Source: Octopus vulgaris (lineage: Eukaryota). Taken from it: a stretch of 64,000 nucleotides of DNA. Numbering within the stretch: position 1 is the stretch's first letter; every line of letters starts with the position of its first letter. Below, piece by piece: positions 35,891 to 49,454 of the stretch. The notes beneath the pieces are model-generated. The model ran no database searches and had not been told where the DNA came from. It was given only the letters and a program-made list of their open reading frames with translations. The stretch is from positions 68,696,001 to 68,760,000 of the forward strand of contig OX597814.1 in NCBI GenBank assembly GCA_951406725.2, read 5' to 3'. Position numbers and translations under genes: made by a program.

Positions 35891-36987
35891 CTAGCATTAT
35901 GACTCGGTGTTGCCGGGTCATAGTGCTAGTGCATGTATACATGTGTATATATATGTGTACATATTACATGTACATCTATATATATACATCTACACATAAA
36001 ATACAAAATACAAAGTTATATATTGATATCGCTAGTGAATTTACTGCCTCTGGTTAGATACTTGATATCATTCATAGTCGCACCAAGACACTTTTCGATG
36101 GTGCTTTCCTCCAGGTGTTCAAATCTTTTTTTTTCTCTACATTGTATACTTTATAGACAATAGTCTTTTCTTTAATTTTATTTTTTATTTCGTTTGGTGG
36201 TGTTATCTTAGATTCACCGTCTTTGTCGGTGATCAATCCGAAATAGGTTTGTATTTCTTCCATTTTAATTTTAATGAGTTCGCGCCCGCCGACGGCTGCA
36301 GCGAAATTCATTTTGGGACTTTCATCTGTCGAAGACATTTAAACAAAAATGCTTCCGTATAAACGGTGAAAATATTGTCAACTTCTCCAAACAGACATTA
36401 CATACAGCCAAACTTCATATAGATACTTAATGCTAGCTAATTAGCAGATAATTTAATGTAAAAGCCGTGGTAAAGTGTATGTGCAAAGCTCCATCTGGAC
36501 TATTCCATTTCTGCACTTAAATTTTATTTTCTATTTATTCACATTCATGTGAAACCACTTATTCAAGTTCAAGTCATTGATGCAATTTTATACCAATTGC
36601 TATTTTTACTTTTAATTGTTATGTTACGATTTAATTATTATATTATACTTTAGTTTGATTTTAATTATTACTTACTACATATAATTCAATTGTTATTATT
36701 ACCTCTAATTTTTATTGTTAAAGTGAAAGTATCTGGCATAAAATAGAGAGATGTTTTTGTTTCATTTTTAACACGTAATACTGAAATAGTGCAGAAGATA
36801 TGATATTGCTATGGGCTCGCCCTAGTCAAGAAGTTGAACATTTTTGCCCATGAAACTACATGGACCCTAAGTAAGGCATGTGTAAAATTTGAATAAAATT
36901 GCTTGTGTAGTTCTCAAGTTTTAAGGTAACACATAGACAGACAGACAGACAGACAGGCAGACACACATTCTCAGTTTTATATATAGA
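35891..36987 (-). mobile_element. Non-autonomous Helitron
   Basis: Minus 5' end TCTATATATAAAA with (GTCT)n. 3' hairpin ATGACCCGG-CAACA-CCGAGTCAT followed by CTAG|T. Confidence 0.7.
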
Positions 36988-37100
36988 TATATAGATATAT
37001 GTATATATGCATACATGAACTATTGTACATGAACGGAGGATCAGTTTCAGTGAATGTCTGTCAAAAACCTGAAAGTCATGTGGAAGTTTTAAGGTAACAC

Positions 37101-37135
<35 letters not shown>

Positions 37136-37258
37136 CACATTCTCAGTTTTATATATAGATATATAGATATATGTATATATGCATACATGAACTATTGTAC
37201 ATGAACGGAGGATCAGTTTCAGTGAATGTCTGTCAAAAACCTGAAAGTCATGTGGAAG
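36916..37258 (+). repeat. Direct tandem duplication of about 170 bp
   Basis: Copies start at 36916 and 37084 and differ mainly in the (GACA)n tract. Confidence 0.9.
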
Positions 37259-37450
37259 ATTGAAACGGCAGATTCATAATAAACAAGCGGGAAAATGGAG
37301 TCAATACTACAATGAGACATTGCTGCTGCACATGTGATCAGCTCTTCAAAGACCTTTCAGGGCTCAAATGTCATCTACGATCTCATGCTAGGAAAGGACA
37401 ATCAAGTACAAGAAGAGGTCAAGCTCTGTATCAATGAAAACGGGCACCAC
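37200..37450 (+). mobile_element. RTE-like LINE 3' relic
   Basis: C2H2-like CCTCDQLFKDLSGLKCHLRSH, typical of RTE C-termini. Confidence 0.5.
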
Positions 37451-37737
37451 ATGATGGATGTTGGTTTCCACACTTAATTTTAACAAATGTTAATTCAATA
37501 CAAACACATTGATATCAATCAAATTTGTTTGCACCTAAAATTAATGATTTTGTAAATTTTTCGAAAACGCCCGTCCTCTCTGACCCACACTCTATTATTT
37601 CGATAGCAAGTATAACTGGCGGTGCCCTCTCATCATTAAACTATCCTTCTAACAATATTTAAAAATTAACGTTTCAAATTAAGGAAGTATTTAAGAGTAC
37701 ACTGCTTCCAGACTTATATATTGATTAACCTAATAAG

Positions 37738-37787
<50 letters not shown>

Positions 37788-37990
37788 CTTTATTTGTTTC
37801 AATCATTTGACTGCAACCACGCAGGGGAACTACCTTTAGTCGAACAAATCGACCCCAGGATTTAGTCTTTGTAAGCCTAGTATTCATTCTATTGTTGACT
37901 TTTGCCGAACCGCTACGTTACGGGGACGTAAACACACCAGCATCGGTTATCAATCGATGGTGGGTGGGCAAATACAGACGCACAAATACA
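37788..37990 (-). mobile_element. SINE 3' half
   Basis: Matches the tail half of the major SINE. Confidence 0.8.
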
Positions 37991-38234
37991 TACATACATA
38001 CATACATACATATACATACATTACGTAGATCTCAACTGCTAGTAGCTGAGATACCAACTTTCTACGTAACTCTACAATCCATGCCAACATGAAACAGACG
38101 TTAAGTGAAATGTAAAAAGAAAGTTTTCAACTCATATATGTATATAAAGTAAATATACGTTTGTCTAACTTATTTCTAAACCAAAAAACAGGTACAGATT
38201 AACAATGAAAGGCCATACGTAGAGTACACGCACG

Positions 38235-38295
<61 letters not shown>

Positions 38296-38419
38296 CGAAT
38301 ATATCACATTATTGTTTCTCTTTTATACACACAGATATACATTCACGTATGTCAGTCGAAAAGTAAAAGTGTAATAGTAATACTTTAACACTCAATGGTT
38401 TTACACTTCTGTATCTGAC

Positions 38420-40020
38420 ATGGACCTATTATTCATGTAAATGCTTCGTCATATATTGTGTTTACTGTTTTGCCATGTTTATCACTGGGAATGTAGAGGT
38501 TCTTTTAATCTCCAACTCTAGAACAGCCAACATACAGCTGACCATGTGAGAAGCAAGGCTGAATGAGTTAAGTCCCACCACCTTTAGAGATTGACCTTGT
38601 GCTTTGTTGATAGACATTGCAAAGCTAAGTTTGACATGAAACTGCAGTCTCTTGAACTGAAAGGGGAGATCATTTGAGATGAGAGGTATCCTTGGAATGA
38701 AGACATTCTCGCCCATCATGTTCCCATGATGGAGAAGAGGTTTCTCAGCTGCATAGGTGACTTGCACATTTGTGCCTCTGTCAGAGTGGCATCCCAGTGT
38801 GTATCATCTTCCAGAAGACCTCTGAGATAGCAAGCCTGATGATATGTTTGACACTGCGTTATCAACCATATGTAAGGCTGTAAATAATGTGGGTCCCTTG
38901 ACATGGTGTAATAGAAGCTTGAGATAGTAGCACTGTGAGTAGTTGGGATGGACTGCATAGACTCTGCTAAGTGTGTCTGATTTCTTGATTCCCGGATGGT
39001 GTGTGGGTGCTTCAAGTGCATTTTTTTCCATTTGTTTCGGTACCAGGTATAGAATTGTGGAACTTCATTGTATAACAGTCTTGTAGCAAATTCATCATCT
39101 TGACAGAGCTTGAAGAATGCTGTGAGTGTGGTATTTTTGTGAGCTTCCATTTTTAGTTGGACTGTGTCAGTCAGTGTGCTGTCCCTGAGATGGTGGACAA
39201 TGTCACGCTTGTCATGTTCTTACCCAACCAGAAGCACAGCTATTTCATTTGCTGTTGGCGCATTAAATCTCCCTCCATGTTGACCAGATGGTTTCTTGTC
39301 TGATCTGATAACTACCTTGTAATCCAGGGAGTCAGGTGGATTTTTTTCAAGTGCAGTCTTTAAGCTTCTGATCAGGCTGTTGTTGTCATGCAGTATCTTT
39401 TGCAGAGACACTACAATGTTCATCTTGATGCCGGAAATGTTCTTGCACCTCTCTTGTCCTTCTTGTTGAGAATCACCCATAAAATATATTTGAAGGAATT
39501 TTGGTGATTCATTTGATAGAGGTAGTAGAGAGCCAATCTGATGATAAATCTGACCTTGCGCATGGTAAGTTTGCATGAATCCTGGCTCACTTATATATTT
39601 TGTGGCTCCAAATGATGTCATCTGTAGAGCAGCATTGTACTGTCTAATTTTGTTTTGGAAGTGCTTGGAATCTTGGTCAGTTAATGACAACAGTTTCTTC
39701 AATGGCTCTGAATTTTAACCTTTCCACCTCTGCAGCACAGTGCAGGTGTCTCTCCAGACTACTTCCCGGCTCTACAATGTATGCACTCAGTTGTCATTGC
39801 ACCAATGGAAACTCTAGAGTCACCTGTATAATGAACTGCAGGATCATAATTGAATGCTGCTTCATAGAAGTTGTTTCTCTGAGCTGTTGCAACTGCTCTT
39901 CTGCAGCTCTTCTGTTCATCTCTTGGAGATGCTCTGACTTTTGTAGTGAACAGTCTGTTCGTTTCTTGGCATGCTTCCCTTTCTGCAGCTATCTCTCTTT
40001 CCCTGGACAGAAGCATTCTT
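38420..40020 (-). pseudogene. Helitron Rep/helicase relic with large internal deletions
   Basis: IRQYNAALQMTSFG..GQIYHQIGSLLP..FLQIYF; TTLTAFF..LLYNEVP..LLLHHVKGP; PIF1 C-terminus IPRIP..FKRLQF..FAMSINKAQGQSL..SHGQLYVGCSR. Confidence 0.9.
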
Positions 40021-40940
40021 TTGGCTCACCCTTGATATTGTAGACAAATTGGCATAACTACAGATTTCTGCCCACCCGACTTGGATGATCATAACTTTCA
40101 GAAAAATGGGTATTTTTAATGAAATTTTCTAGGAATATCTGTTGTGTATTGTAAATTCCGGATATAGAAAAGTTGTTGGGGAAAGTATTTTAGGAGGGGT
40201 GGGGAATTTCGGAAAATTCGCCGGAGTCCACTTCAATTTGTCTTAACTTTCAAGAAAATGGATATTTTTAATGAAATTCTCTGTAGGTGCTACAATGCAC
40301 CCTCAGAGTGGTAGAAAAACCGTAAAACATCCAATCAGAAAATTTATCCAATATTTTTCGCACATCATAAGCGTAGAGTTATGTCTGCGATATTATTTCA
40401 AAAAGACAAGTATTTGTAATAATTAAATTTATTACGTATAAAACATTGTGTTACACATAAAACATATTATTTGATAAACTAATCAATATTTTGAGTAAAT
40501 TAGCATAAAACCAGAAGTTAGTTTGATTTGATATATTTATACATCATGAAACCGCCTCTTTTGGCATGTGGGTTTGGATATTTCAGATAATATGGAGCAG
40601 AGGAAATGGTATTGTGAATACAGGAATACTCGTTTATTTCTAAAAAGTAACGACAATGCACTATATAAAGCTGTTTTCATCAAGAATCCAAACTTTGCAT
40701 AATAGGGAACAGAATGTATATAAAATGAATGCACCAAAGTTACAAGATGTAGCAACTCACATTTCAATGTAGCTACGTTCCACACCTATAGTATTGGAAT
40801 GATCATCCTTGCTAGTTGTTTTAAATTTCAAGAACCCACAAAGGAGAGGGGCGCTTGCTTAATAATTAGTTGGATTATCGTTATAGATAGACCTCTTTCT
40901 ATTCGATATATTATGTGTGTACTACCACCTCATCTATCTA

Positions 40941-41543
40941 TCTATATACTACAAAAACTCTGTGATTGCTTGCTTGCTTGCGTGCGTGCTTGTCTGTAAT
41001 TTGATACAGCCAAACTGGCGCATAACGGGAAAATACTCTAAAAGTAAGGCACCCCGGATATGTGATTACAAACGGAATAAAACAAGTTTCGCGTAAATTG
41101 GACCGAGAATCCCCGAGATACGCCGGTTTTGGGGGTACCTTCATAAATAACCAAAACGGCGCATAATGGGAAAATGCTCCGAAAGTAACATAGCCCTTAA
41201 AAGGGAATATATAATACAATGAAAAATTGTTTTGTATTAATCTTATATTTATATTATGTAACAATTACTTTTCCATTTATGTAGAAGTGTGCACATATGC
41301 CATAAATAAATGCTGTTACTGGAGTTCAAGTTTATCCCAGAAGTTCTATTTCTATTAAATGCTGTAAATAATCAATGAGACCTTAAACATGAACTTGTAA
41401 ACCAGACCTATGATGGACGAACGAATTGAAATATTTAACTGGATCATCATAAAAATAACTTTCATTTCAATGCAATATTGAAATCAGCAGCAATAGTTTA
41501 TAACCCGAGCCGTCAGTAATCCAACGGGTCACGGATAGTCTAG
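40941..41543 (+). mobile_element. Non-autonomous Helitron
   Basis: 5' TCTATATACTA with (GCTT)n. 3' ACCCG..CGGGT hairpin followed by CTAG|T. Confidence 0.65.
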
Positions 41544-42225
41544 TATGTAGTTATAATCCAATATGCGCCTCATACTACCAGAGGTATTTTCTCATTTATA
41601 TTGTTGATATTTATAATCAACGGCACTATATTCATTGTGGTTTTTCTGTAAATTATTCACTCTTACAATAAAATAGAATGCTTCATTGAGGAGAGATAAT
41701 AATACCGTTACTTTTACAAGTTACATTTGAGACCGTTCCAATCTATAATGTGTGTATTATCCAAATATTGCAATCACCCGATCTTGTTGGAATTATCAAC
41801 ATTATTAGCCGAACAGCTTGGATATTCACAATTGATCCGAATTTTTCAATTCACTATATTACATATGTCAAACACTAGTGTATTTAGATATACAAAATAT
41901 GGTACGAAAGTTATTTTTAACCTCAGCAATAATGTTGTTATTCATAATCAGCATTACTACAATCTCGCATCTATGTATATGTGCGTTTGTGCATATTTAT
42001 TTGAAGACTACAAAGAAATCTAGTTAGCTTTAACAACCAAATCGACCCCGATCTGCACAGTCTACACTATTCGAAATCCTGGTACACAGCTTTTTCTCTT
42101 TTTTTTTTTATACACCCTCTTAGAGTTTTCGTGCAATAATTCTTTCTTCATAATCAAGTGACCGAAGATATTAATTCACTGCATTGCATACATGAAGCCC
42201 CACAATATGTGTATGCAGTATGCTT

Positions 42226-42303
<78 letters not shown>

Positions 42304-42344
42304 GAGAGAGAGAGTGAGAGAGAGAGATCTAAGTGTGTATGTAT

Positions 42345-42478
42345 TCATGGTGTGGTAGTATGGCAAGAAGTTCGCTTCACAACCACGTGAATTGGAGTTC
42401 AGTTTCACTTCGTGGCACTTTTGGCAAATGTCTCCTACTATAGGACCGGGCCGACTAAAGTCTTTTGAATGGATTTCC
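42345..42478 (+). mobile_element. SINE 5' fragment
   Basis: TGGTGTGGTAG..GAGTTCAGTTTCAC..GGCAAATGTCTCCTACTATAG. Confidence 0.7.
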
Positions 42479-43374
42479 ACTGCGTTTCCCTCCGGAAACA
42501 GTTCCGCAAACATAGGATGAATTTGATCAGATAAAATGCTTACATAGTCTTGACTATTAATTCTGCCATAAAGGGAAACCATTAGGCCGGCGGATTTCCA
42601 AGATATAGCCCCCTAGATCATCACAGATCCTTCTCCGTGTTTAACAGTTGGAATAAGGCAGTCTGAGTCAAATGCTTCTTTTGGCTGTCTCCACGCGTAT
42701 ACTCTGCCGGTGGTCGGAAATAAGGTAAAGGATGAATCATTCGAGAAAATAACATTCTTCCATTGCTCTAGGGACCAATTCTGTAGGTTTTTACTCCACT
42801 CTAAACGCTTTACAACATTTGTTTTGAAAGTAATGCTTTTCTGATTTCAGCCCTCCCGTGAAATCCGGCTTGTGCAGCTCCCAGCGAACAGTTTTTGTGG
42901 AAACTGGGTTCTCGGGATGGTCATGAAGCTCTGCAGTAATTTTGGGAGCTGTACTTTTGTGATCCTTTCTAACAATTCGGCCAACAGTCCCTATCTGAAA
43001 TTTTCGGTTTTCTTCTGGAGTTTTGTTTCGACGAGAATATTTTTCCTTCTTTCTCAAAGGCTGTAATTACTTTCGAGACAGTACGTCTTGATACACCAAA
43101 CGTTTTGGCTGTTTTTCGTTACGCTAGCGCCTGCCATACGAGCACCAACAATTTGACGTGTTTGAAACTCCGATAGATCTGTCATTTTAAAGAATTTAGT
43201 TACATTTTTCTGGTGATACCTGAAAAGAAACAGCAGTTTTAGCTAAACATATTAAGCAACACTAATAATAAATAAAAAAACATAAAAATAAACAAGTTTT
43301 TTGACGATTTCATAGATATTTCAAAATTATGATTCTGTGATGCTAGGTGTTTTCATTATTTTGTCCAACCACTG
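42478..43374 (-). mobile_element. Tc1-like element, 3'-truncated
   Basis: TIR CAGTGGTTGGACAAAATAATGAAA with TA. MTDLSEFQTRQIVGAR.., WKNVIFSNDSSF, VMI*GAISW. Confidence 0.85.
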
Positions 43375-43449
43375 TATATACATACATACATACATACATA
43401 CATACATACATACATACATACATACATACATACATACATACATACATAC

Positions 43450-45745
43450 ATTCTACCGACCATATCTTATCAATTTGTACCAGCAAGCTTTCATTGGGAA
43501 CAGTAGCATACCATACTGGTTAGCTCTGGCAGAGACAGACTTAATCCCTAAATGCAGAACCACCAACATGGCAACAAACTACCGGCCAATTGCATGTCAG
43601 AACTTAATGCATAAGATATATACAGCATGTTTAAACCTCTTCCTCCAAGACCATTGTGAGACCAATAACATTATCGCAGCAGAACAAGCAGCTGAGAAGA
43701 AGGGAGTCTGGAGATGTGCCGAGCAATTGCTAATCAACAAAACTGATGTCAGAGGTGAGAGAGCATAGGAAGACCCTAGTTTCAATGTGGCTAGATTACA
43801 AGAAAGACTTTGACTCTGTTCCCCACTCATTGATGCCAGAAGCCCTTCAACTTGCTAAAAATCCAGTGAGAATAGTCAAAGCCATAGCTGACCTGACCTC
43901 ATCGTGGACCACCATCTTGAAATTAAACACAAAAAATGACTGTATTATCACCGATAGAATACAATATCGCAAAGGCATATTCCAAGGAGACAGCCTCTCT
44001 GTGATGTTGTTTATATTTTATGTAAACCCCTTGTCATTCATGATAAGGAAGTCTGAAGGATATCTCACTGGTTCATAAGGAAACAGAAATACCAAAATTA
44101 CACACTGTTTCTTTATGGATGACTTTAAACTGTATGCAGTAAATATGCATGAGATGAAATAGAGCCATGACCTAGTTACAACACTCTCAAAGGATGTAGG
44201 GTTGGAGTTTGGACAGTGTAAATGTTATATGGTTGTAAAAAAGGGGGGAATTATAAACCAGACTATTAACAGCTCCATCAATGATTTGACTGTTTCCCCT
44301 GCATCTGACGAGGAATGTTACAGGCATCTAGCAGATGGATGAAAATATATCATACAATGGCACCTGTAACAAAACACGCGTCACTAAAGAATATTACAAC
44401 CGAATAAAGAAAATGTGGACCTCAGAACTCTCTGCATTCAATAAAACAGTGACCCACAGTGTGTTTGCAGTGCCAGTACTCATACCAACATTTGGGCTGC
44501 TTGATTGGACGCTTGATGAGATCCGAGTCATTGATGTGAAAACCCGAAAAATACTAACAAGCACGCATAATTGCCACATAAACAGTGACGTAGACTGCCT
44601 CTACCTAAAACGTAAACAAGGTGGCAGATGCTTAACATCGATCCAAAATGCCTTTCAATGTTGCATCATATCCCTTCGGCAACATCTTTTAACCACCAAG
44701 TGTCAAAGTGCATCTCTTGACCAAGTTCGCATATATGAGGCTGATAGCATCATAAGACTTGGAAGGCTGCTCCAAGAACAACACTCTTTGTCTGATAATC
44801 TAGAATGCATGCCCAAAGAAGTCGCATGACTCTACTGCAGCATAACATCAGATGAAAGGATGAGTCTGTATGAGCAGAAGGCTATGCATGACAATGTTAG
44901 TAGAAAGCTCCGTGATGATAGTAACATCGAACATCAAAGCATTTTATCATGGACGAATAGCTGGATTACTACCTCCCACTTTGAAGGGTATTCGTTTGCA
45001 ATCCAGGAAATATCAACCAAGTACCTGATGCACAACAGGGATAGAGATGCGGGAAAAGCCGTCAAATGTGACAACCGATGCAGACTTTGTGGAGTCCACA
45101 CTGAAGATATCACCCACATCATAAGCAGTTGTCCGAAAATGTCATCATGGTTTATCTCCCGATGGGACATGACGTTGTAGCTAGGACACTCTATAATGAA
45201 ATCTGTCGGAAGGATAATCCCAAGGAAAAAGGAATAAAAACGCACAATGTGGTAGAAGCCATAGCCACTCATAATAAAAAAGAATACTGATGGAATGTAC
45301 CAGTGAAGACCTCAATAAAATGTAAGCACAACAGATCTCATATAATGATTTGGGATAGAGAAGATAAACTGTGCACAGTTGTGGAAATTAGTTGCCCAGT
45401 GGATGTTAACATAAAGCTGAAGATCAGTGAAAAAGAGAACACCTATGCTAAACTATTGAGAAATAATCTGCAATGACTCTATCCAGATTACAAGTTCAGG
45501 TTTATAGCTGCAATTATTTGGGCCCTAAGTACCAATCTTGAGAAATTAGGCTTCTCAAAACCAGAAAGGTGAAAGCTAAATCGAAGACTACAGATCTGGA
45601 ATTGTACAAACCTGTAAAACTTTCCAGAAGTTTATCATTTAAATATATATGAGCATGTCTAGATACATAACTATATGCATGAGAATACATACATAAAACA
45701 TACAAATCTGCTCATGTGTACATACATACAAAAATACCCTGTTGT
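43450..45745 (+). mobile_element. 5'-truncated RLE-type non-LTR retrotransposon (R4/Dong-like)
   Basis: NYRPIAC, WLDYKKDFDSVPH, GIFQGDSLS, FMDDFKLY, CRLC..H..SSC (CCHC), HNRSHIMIWD..VEISCP (RLE). Directly follows a (TACA)n tract. Confidence 0.88.
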
Positions 45746-45813
45746 TGATGTTGAAATTCCAATGAAAGGTCCTTGGATCTAGGTTAGAAACCGGTTCCTT
45801 CTCTTTTATAAAA

Positions 45814-46683
45814 CAAATAAGGAACGAGGATGTCCAGGTATCAGTGCATCACGGCCGTTTCAAGCGGCTCCATTTAATCGGCCAATGAAAACATTTCATC
45901 AATTTGAAATAAACCGCTCTCCTCGGAGCAGACGACGATACGTATTTCCAATATACAGGTTACACCATTATATTTTTTAGAACATTTTTCATCAGTACTA
46001 GAGACTTAAATAATTACATTGCTTCTCTTTGTTATTTTTGTGGCAGAATGAATTTAGGGAAAAAAATACTTAAAGTATTTTGAGTGGAAGAAGAAAATAA
46101 TAGGTGTCAAGAAAGAGTAATGGTGATATAGCTACATTCATCTTTATCCTTATTGCTTTCAGTTTACAACCCCTTGGGATTAAATCCATTGGGAATTGAC
46201 AGTTAAACCCTTGTTGGTGGTGATAAATTAATTAATGTCAGATACTCTCCCCTACCCCTATTTTACTGGAACCTTAAAACCATCCATATCCACATAAAAG
46301 AATATGTCTCAGAAGTTGCTAGTAAGATAATAGTATATAAAGAAAAGGTGATAACCAGAAAGAGGAAGGACAGGGGTGACTTAACATATCATGATTCTCA
46401 AATAAAAGGAGTCTAAATTGGAAAACAAAAGTGACCTAAGTGTAAGAATTAAAAGTACGGGGAAAATGCGTTTCCAAACTTATCAAAATTTATATATTAA
46501 AATATTAAAATTTGAAAAAGGATTTAAGAACCAAGTAAGAAGAAAAGGATATTTGTATGGTCATCTGCAACCGAGGATAGCGGTTTATTTCAAATTGACG
46601 TAATGTTTTTATTGATCGATGAAATGGAGCAGTTTGAAACCGACGTATTGCACTGATACCCGGACATCCTTGTTACTTATTTG
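45814..46683. mobile_element. Foldback/MITE-like element with about 135-bp imperfect TIRs
   Basis: 45814-45949 versus reverse complement of 46547-46683 (CAAATAAG.AAC.AGGATGTCC.GGTATCAGTGCA...AATTTGAAATAAACCGCT.TCCTCGG). No ORF; no clear TSD. Confidence 0.8.
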
Positions 46684-46768
46684 CTTCTTCACCTAACTTC
46701 GAGCTGCGCGGACCATACCGGACTGACTTGGTGCCTCAACTTAAGTACCTAATTCTGAATCTTGATTA

Positions 46769-46841
<73 letters not shown>

Positions 46842-48599
46842 AAACTTCATTTTAAAGTTAATAATTAGAAAGTTATGTAACAAAGAAAATTCGTTGCTGC
46901 ACCAAAGATTGATCCTTAACATAAATGACATTGTATTAATTATTTCCATCCTCTGACATGGGAAACCACCAGGTTATAGTACGCGATCAATTCCTCAGGA
47001 GTGTACATCTTATGATAAGATAAATTATTGATGGAGTATAAATATTAAATTTACAACTGAGATGTTGAATGTGAGAAATCTACCGGTCAGACATTGTAAA
47101 TAGAAAATGCACTGCAGCTTATAGTCGTTTATCAGTAATTTCTATCGATTTTTAGTTGATTTGTAAGCGTATGTACATAATGTTCGTGAATGCACGCATA
47201 CATTCATATACATACATTTATACATTCTAAAAGAATGATTAATGTCAACCACACCTTTTATATTTCTGCCGTTAAATTGTTTTCCGAGTAATATCTATAA
47301 CACCAAAAGACATTTAAATTGATAACATTCTCGAAGGACATAGGAAGGGAGTTTGATCAAAGGAAGTGTTCGTATTTTGTTATCAGACGAGGAAAGCTTG
47401 TCGACCAGACAAGAGATATTGATAATTTACCCTGTCTATCTTCCTAACTCTAATGAATAATAAAAATACACCAAAATTGAAAAGAGTTTAGTATATGTTG
47501 GTGCTGTGAGTAACACTTGAATGACAAAAACGTATTCGGTAGACTTCAATGGGTATCTGCAAAAAAAAAAAACACAGGGCTTTCGTTATGTCAGTGATAG
47601 TACCAACACCTGGATAGATATTTGAAGAAATCTGCAACTCGGACAACATGTCCATGAAAAGCTGCTTTTCCAGTCAATATTGTTATTCTTTAGTTTTCGA
47701 GATATGTAGCTATGCATAACTTTCTGCTGAAACATTAAGTATTTCAAAACTAAGTTTCAGCTTTAGTTTAGGTCAGTCTATATACTCTTGGTTCACATGG
47801 AAGAATTGGTTACTCAGAGTACATATTTAGTTTTACAGCTTAAACTAATAATATTACTGTATGTAATGTTTTTCGCTCTTTACTGTTCATTGGGCGTTTT
47901 CTATGTGATACAATGTCTAGATTGCTCTTATGTCTCAGCTTCTATCCTTCCGTTTAACATCAGTTATGTCAGTCTCACTGTTGATGCGAAAGTAGATATT
48001 AGTATCTTCCTAACCCTGTTGTTAGGAAGATACCTCACTTAGAAGACAACTACCCCTTGCTATCTATTAAAAGAGAACTACTAAATATAAATATTAGCAA
48101 GAGAAATAAGGGTGTCTCTAAACTTATCTTTGTGTAAGATACCGCTTGTGTCATAAGCAACATAATCGTCTGCAAAATACTACTTTCCAAAGAAGCACAT
48201 TTCGCTAAAACCATCTACAGTGCAATTCGCAGGTGGGACTGGCTTGATAACCATAGCGAAATCATATCAGGACCAACATTTATCCAGCACTTTAGAAATT
48301 AGGCAATAGCGAGTAATCACTCCCACCATTTTGTCAACATGATATCATTCAGAGTAGGATAAGTAAAAGTCATGGGCTGGCGGCCAGTTCGGAAGCAAAT
48401 TTACTTAATCAATAAACTCAGATTCCTTGATCTAGATGTTGTAGCCAATACCAATATCATAATTCCTAGTTGCAGAACCTAGAACTACTAATAGGCATCC
48501 CTGTTGAGCTGGAGCATGAGAAAGCTGCATTGGCGTAAGGATGATATTACTGTAATGGTATCAAACTGTAAAGGAATATGAGGCGATTATTGGAGTAAA

Positions 48600-49430
48600 G
48601 ATAAATCCGGAAAAACTAGAGGACTTGCAGATTAACACCTGGGGACGCTAAGGTATAAGTAGGGACGAGGTTATGAGCAGGATGGGCAGCGTCATCCAGA
48701 AATAGGCTGGCTCGAAGCTAATCCTTAAATGCCTAGCCGGAGTGGCGAATACGTTCCTTTATGTTTACCACCCGACTCTTATGCTTTGCTCTATTCCCTA
48801 TTTAACTATAGACTGAAGCGTTCGCGCTTCCGTTACTAATGGAAGGGGCACATTTCACTGTCAAGTGGTCTTGGTACCTGGTGCAAATAAGGACACTGAA
48901 AACGGCAACAGACCCTTCTACCTAAGATCCGAACGTCTCTACGATGTAGATGATTGTTCTCTCGGACACCTTTCATATTGCAGTTCCCATCCAATGCTGT
49001 TACAACCGGCAATAAGCTTTGTTTTGGGAGACGAGGTGAGAAACCAAAGAATGCATGTCCCTGAACCTCGAAGCGCGTCCAGGAAGAAACAATCATTACT
49101 GATTGGTAGTTGGAATGTCGCAATACTTATGGATAAACAGTAGGAAATAGTGGAGGGCCAAACACTACTGACCAGTATATCTTCCACAAGTTTCGTGGTT
49201 CTTTTACGTTAGACTTTGATAGAAGGTTGAAACTCCACTATTCCGGTGTGATGCCAATTATGTCAGCACAAACGTGAGTGAGGATACTTACTGGCCCCCA
49301 GCTGACAGATTGTTTTATGAAGTGAATCCTACTGAGTGGATGAGTTCGGCTCCTGAAACTTAGGCAAAATGAAGGACGACTATGACTGTTGCAAATACAA
49401 GTACTAAACAGCGAGTCCAGATACAAATCC
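48600..49430 (+). mobile_element. LINE (RTE-like) 5' relic: UTR plus start of APE endonuclease
   Basis: LLIGSWNV motif at about 49097, downstream of a GC-richer UTR-like segment. Confidence 0.5.
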
Positions 49431-49454
49431 CTGTCGTTATATGCCAGTATACAT

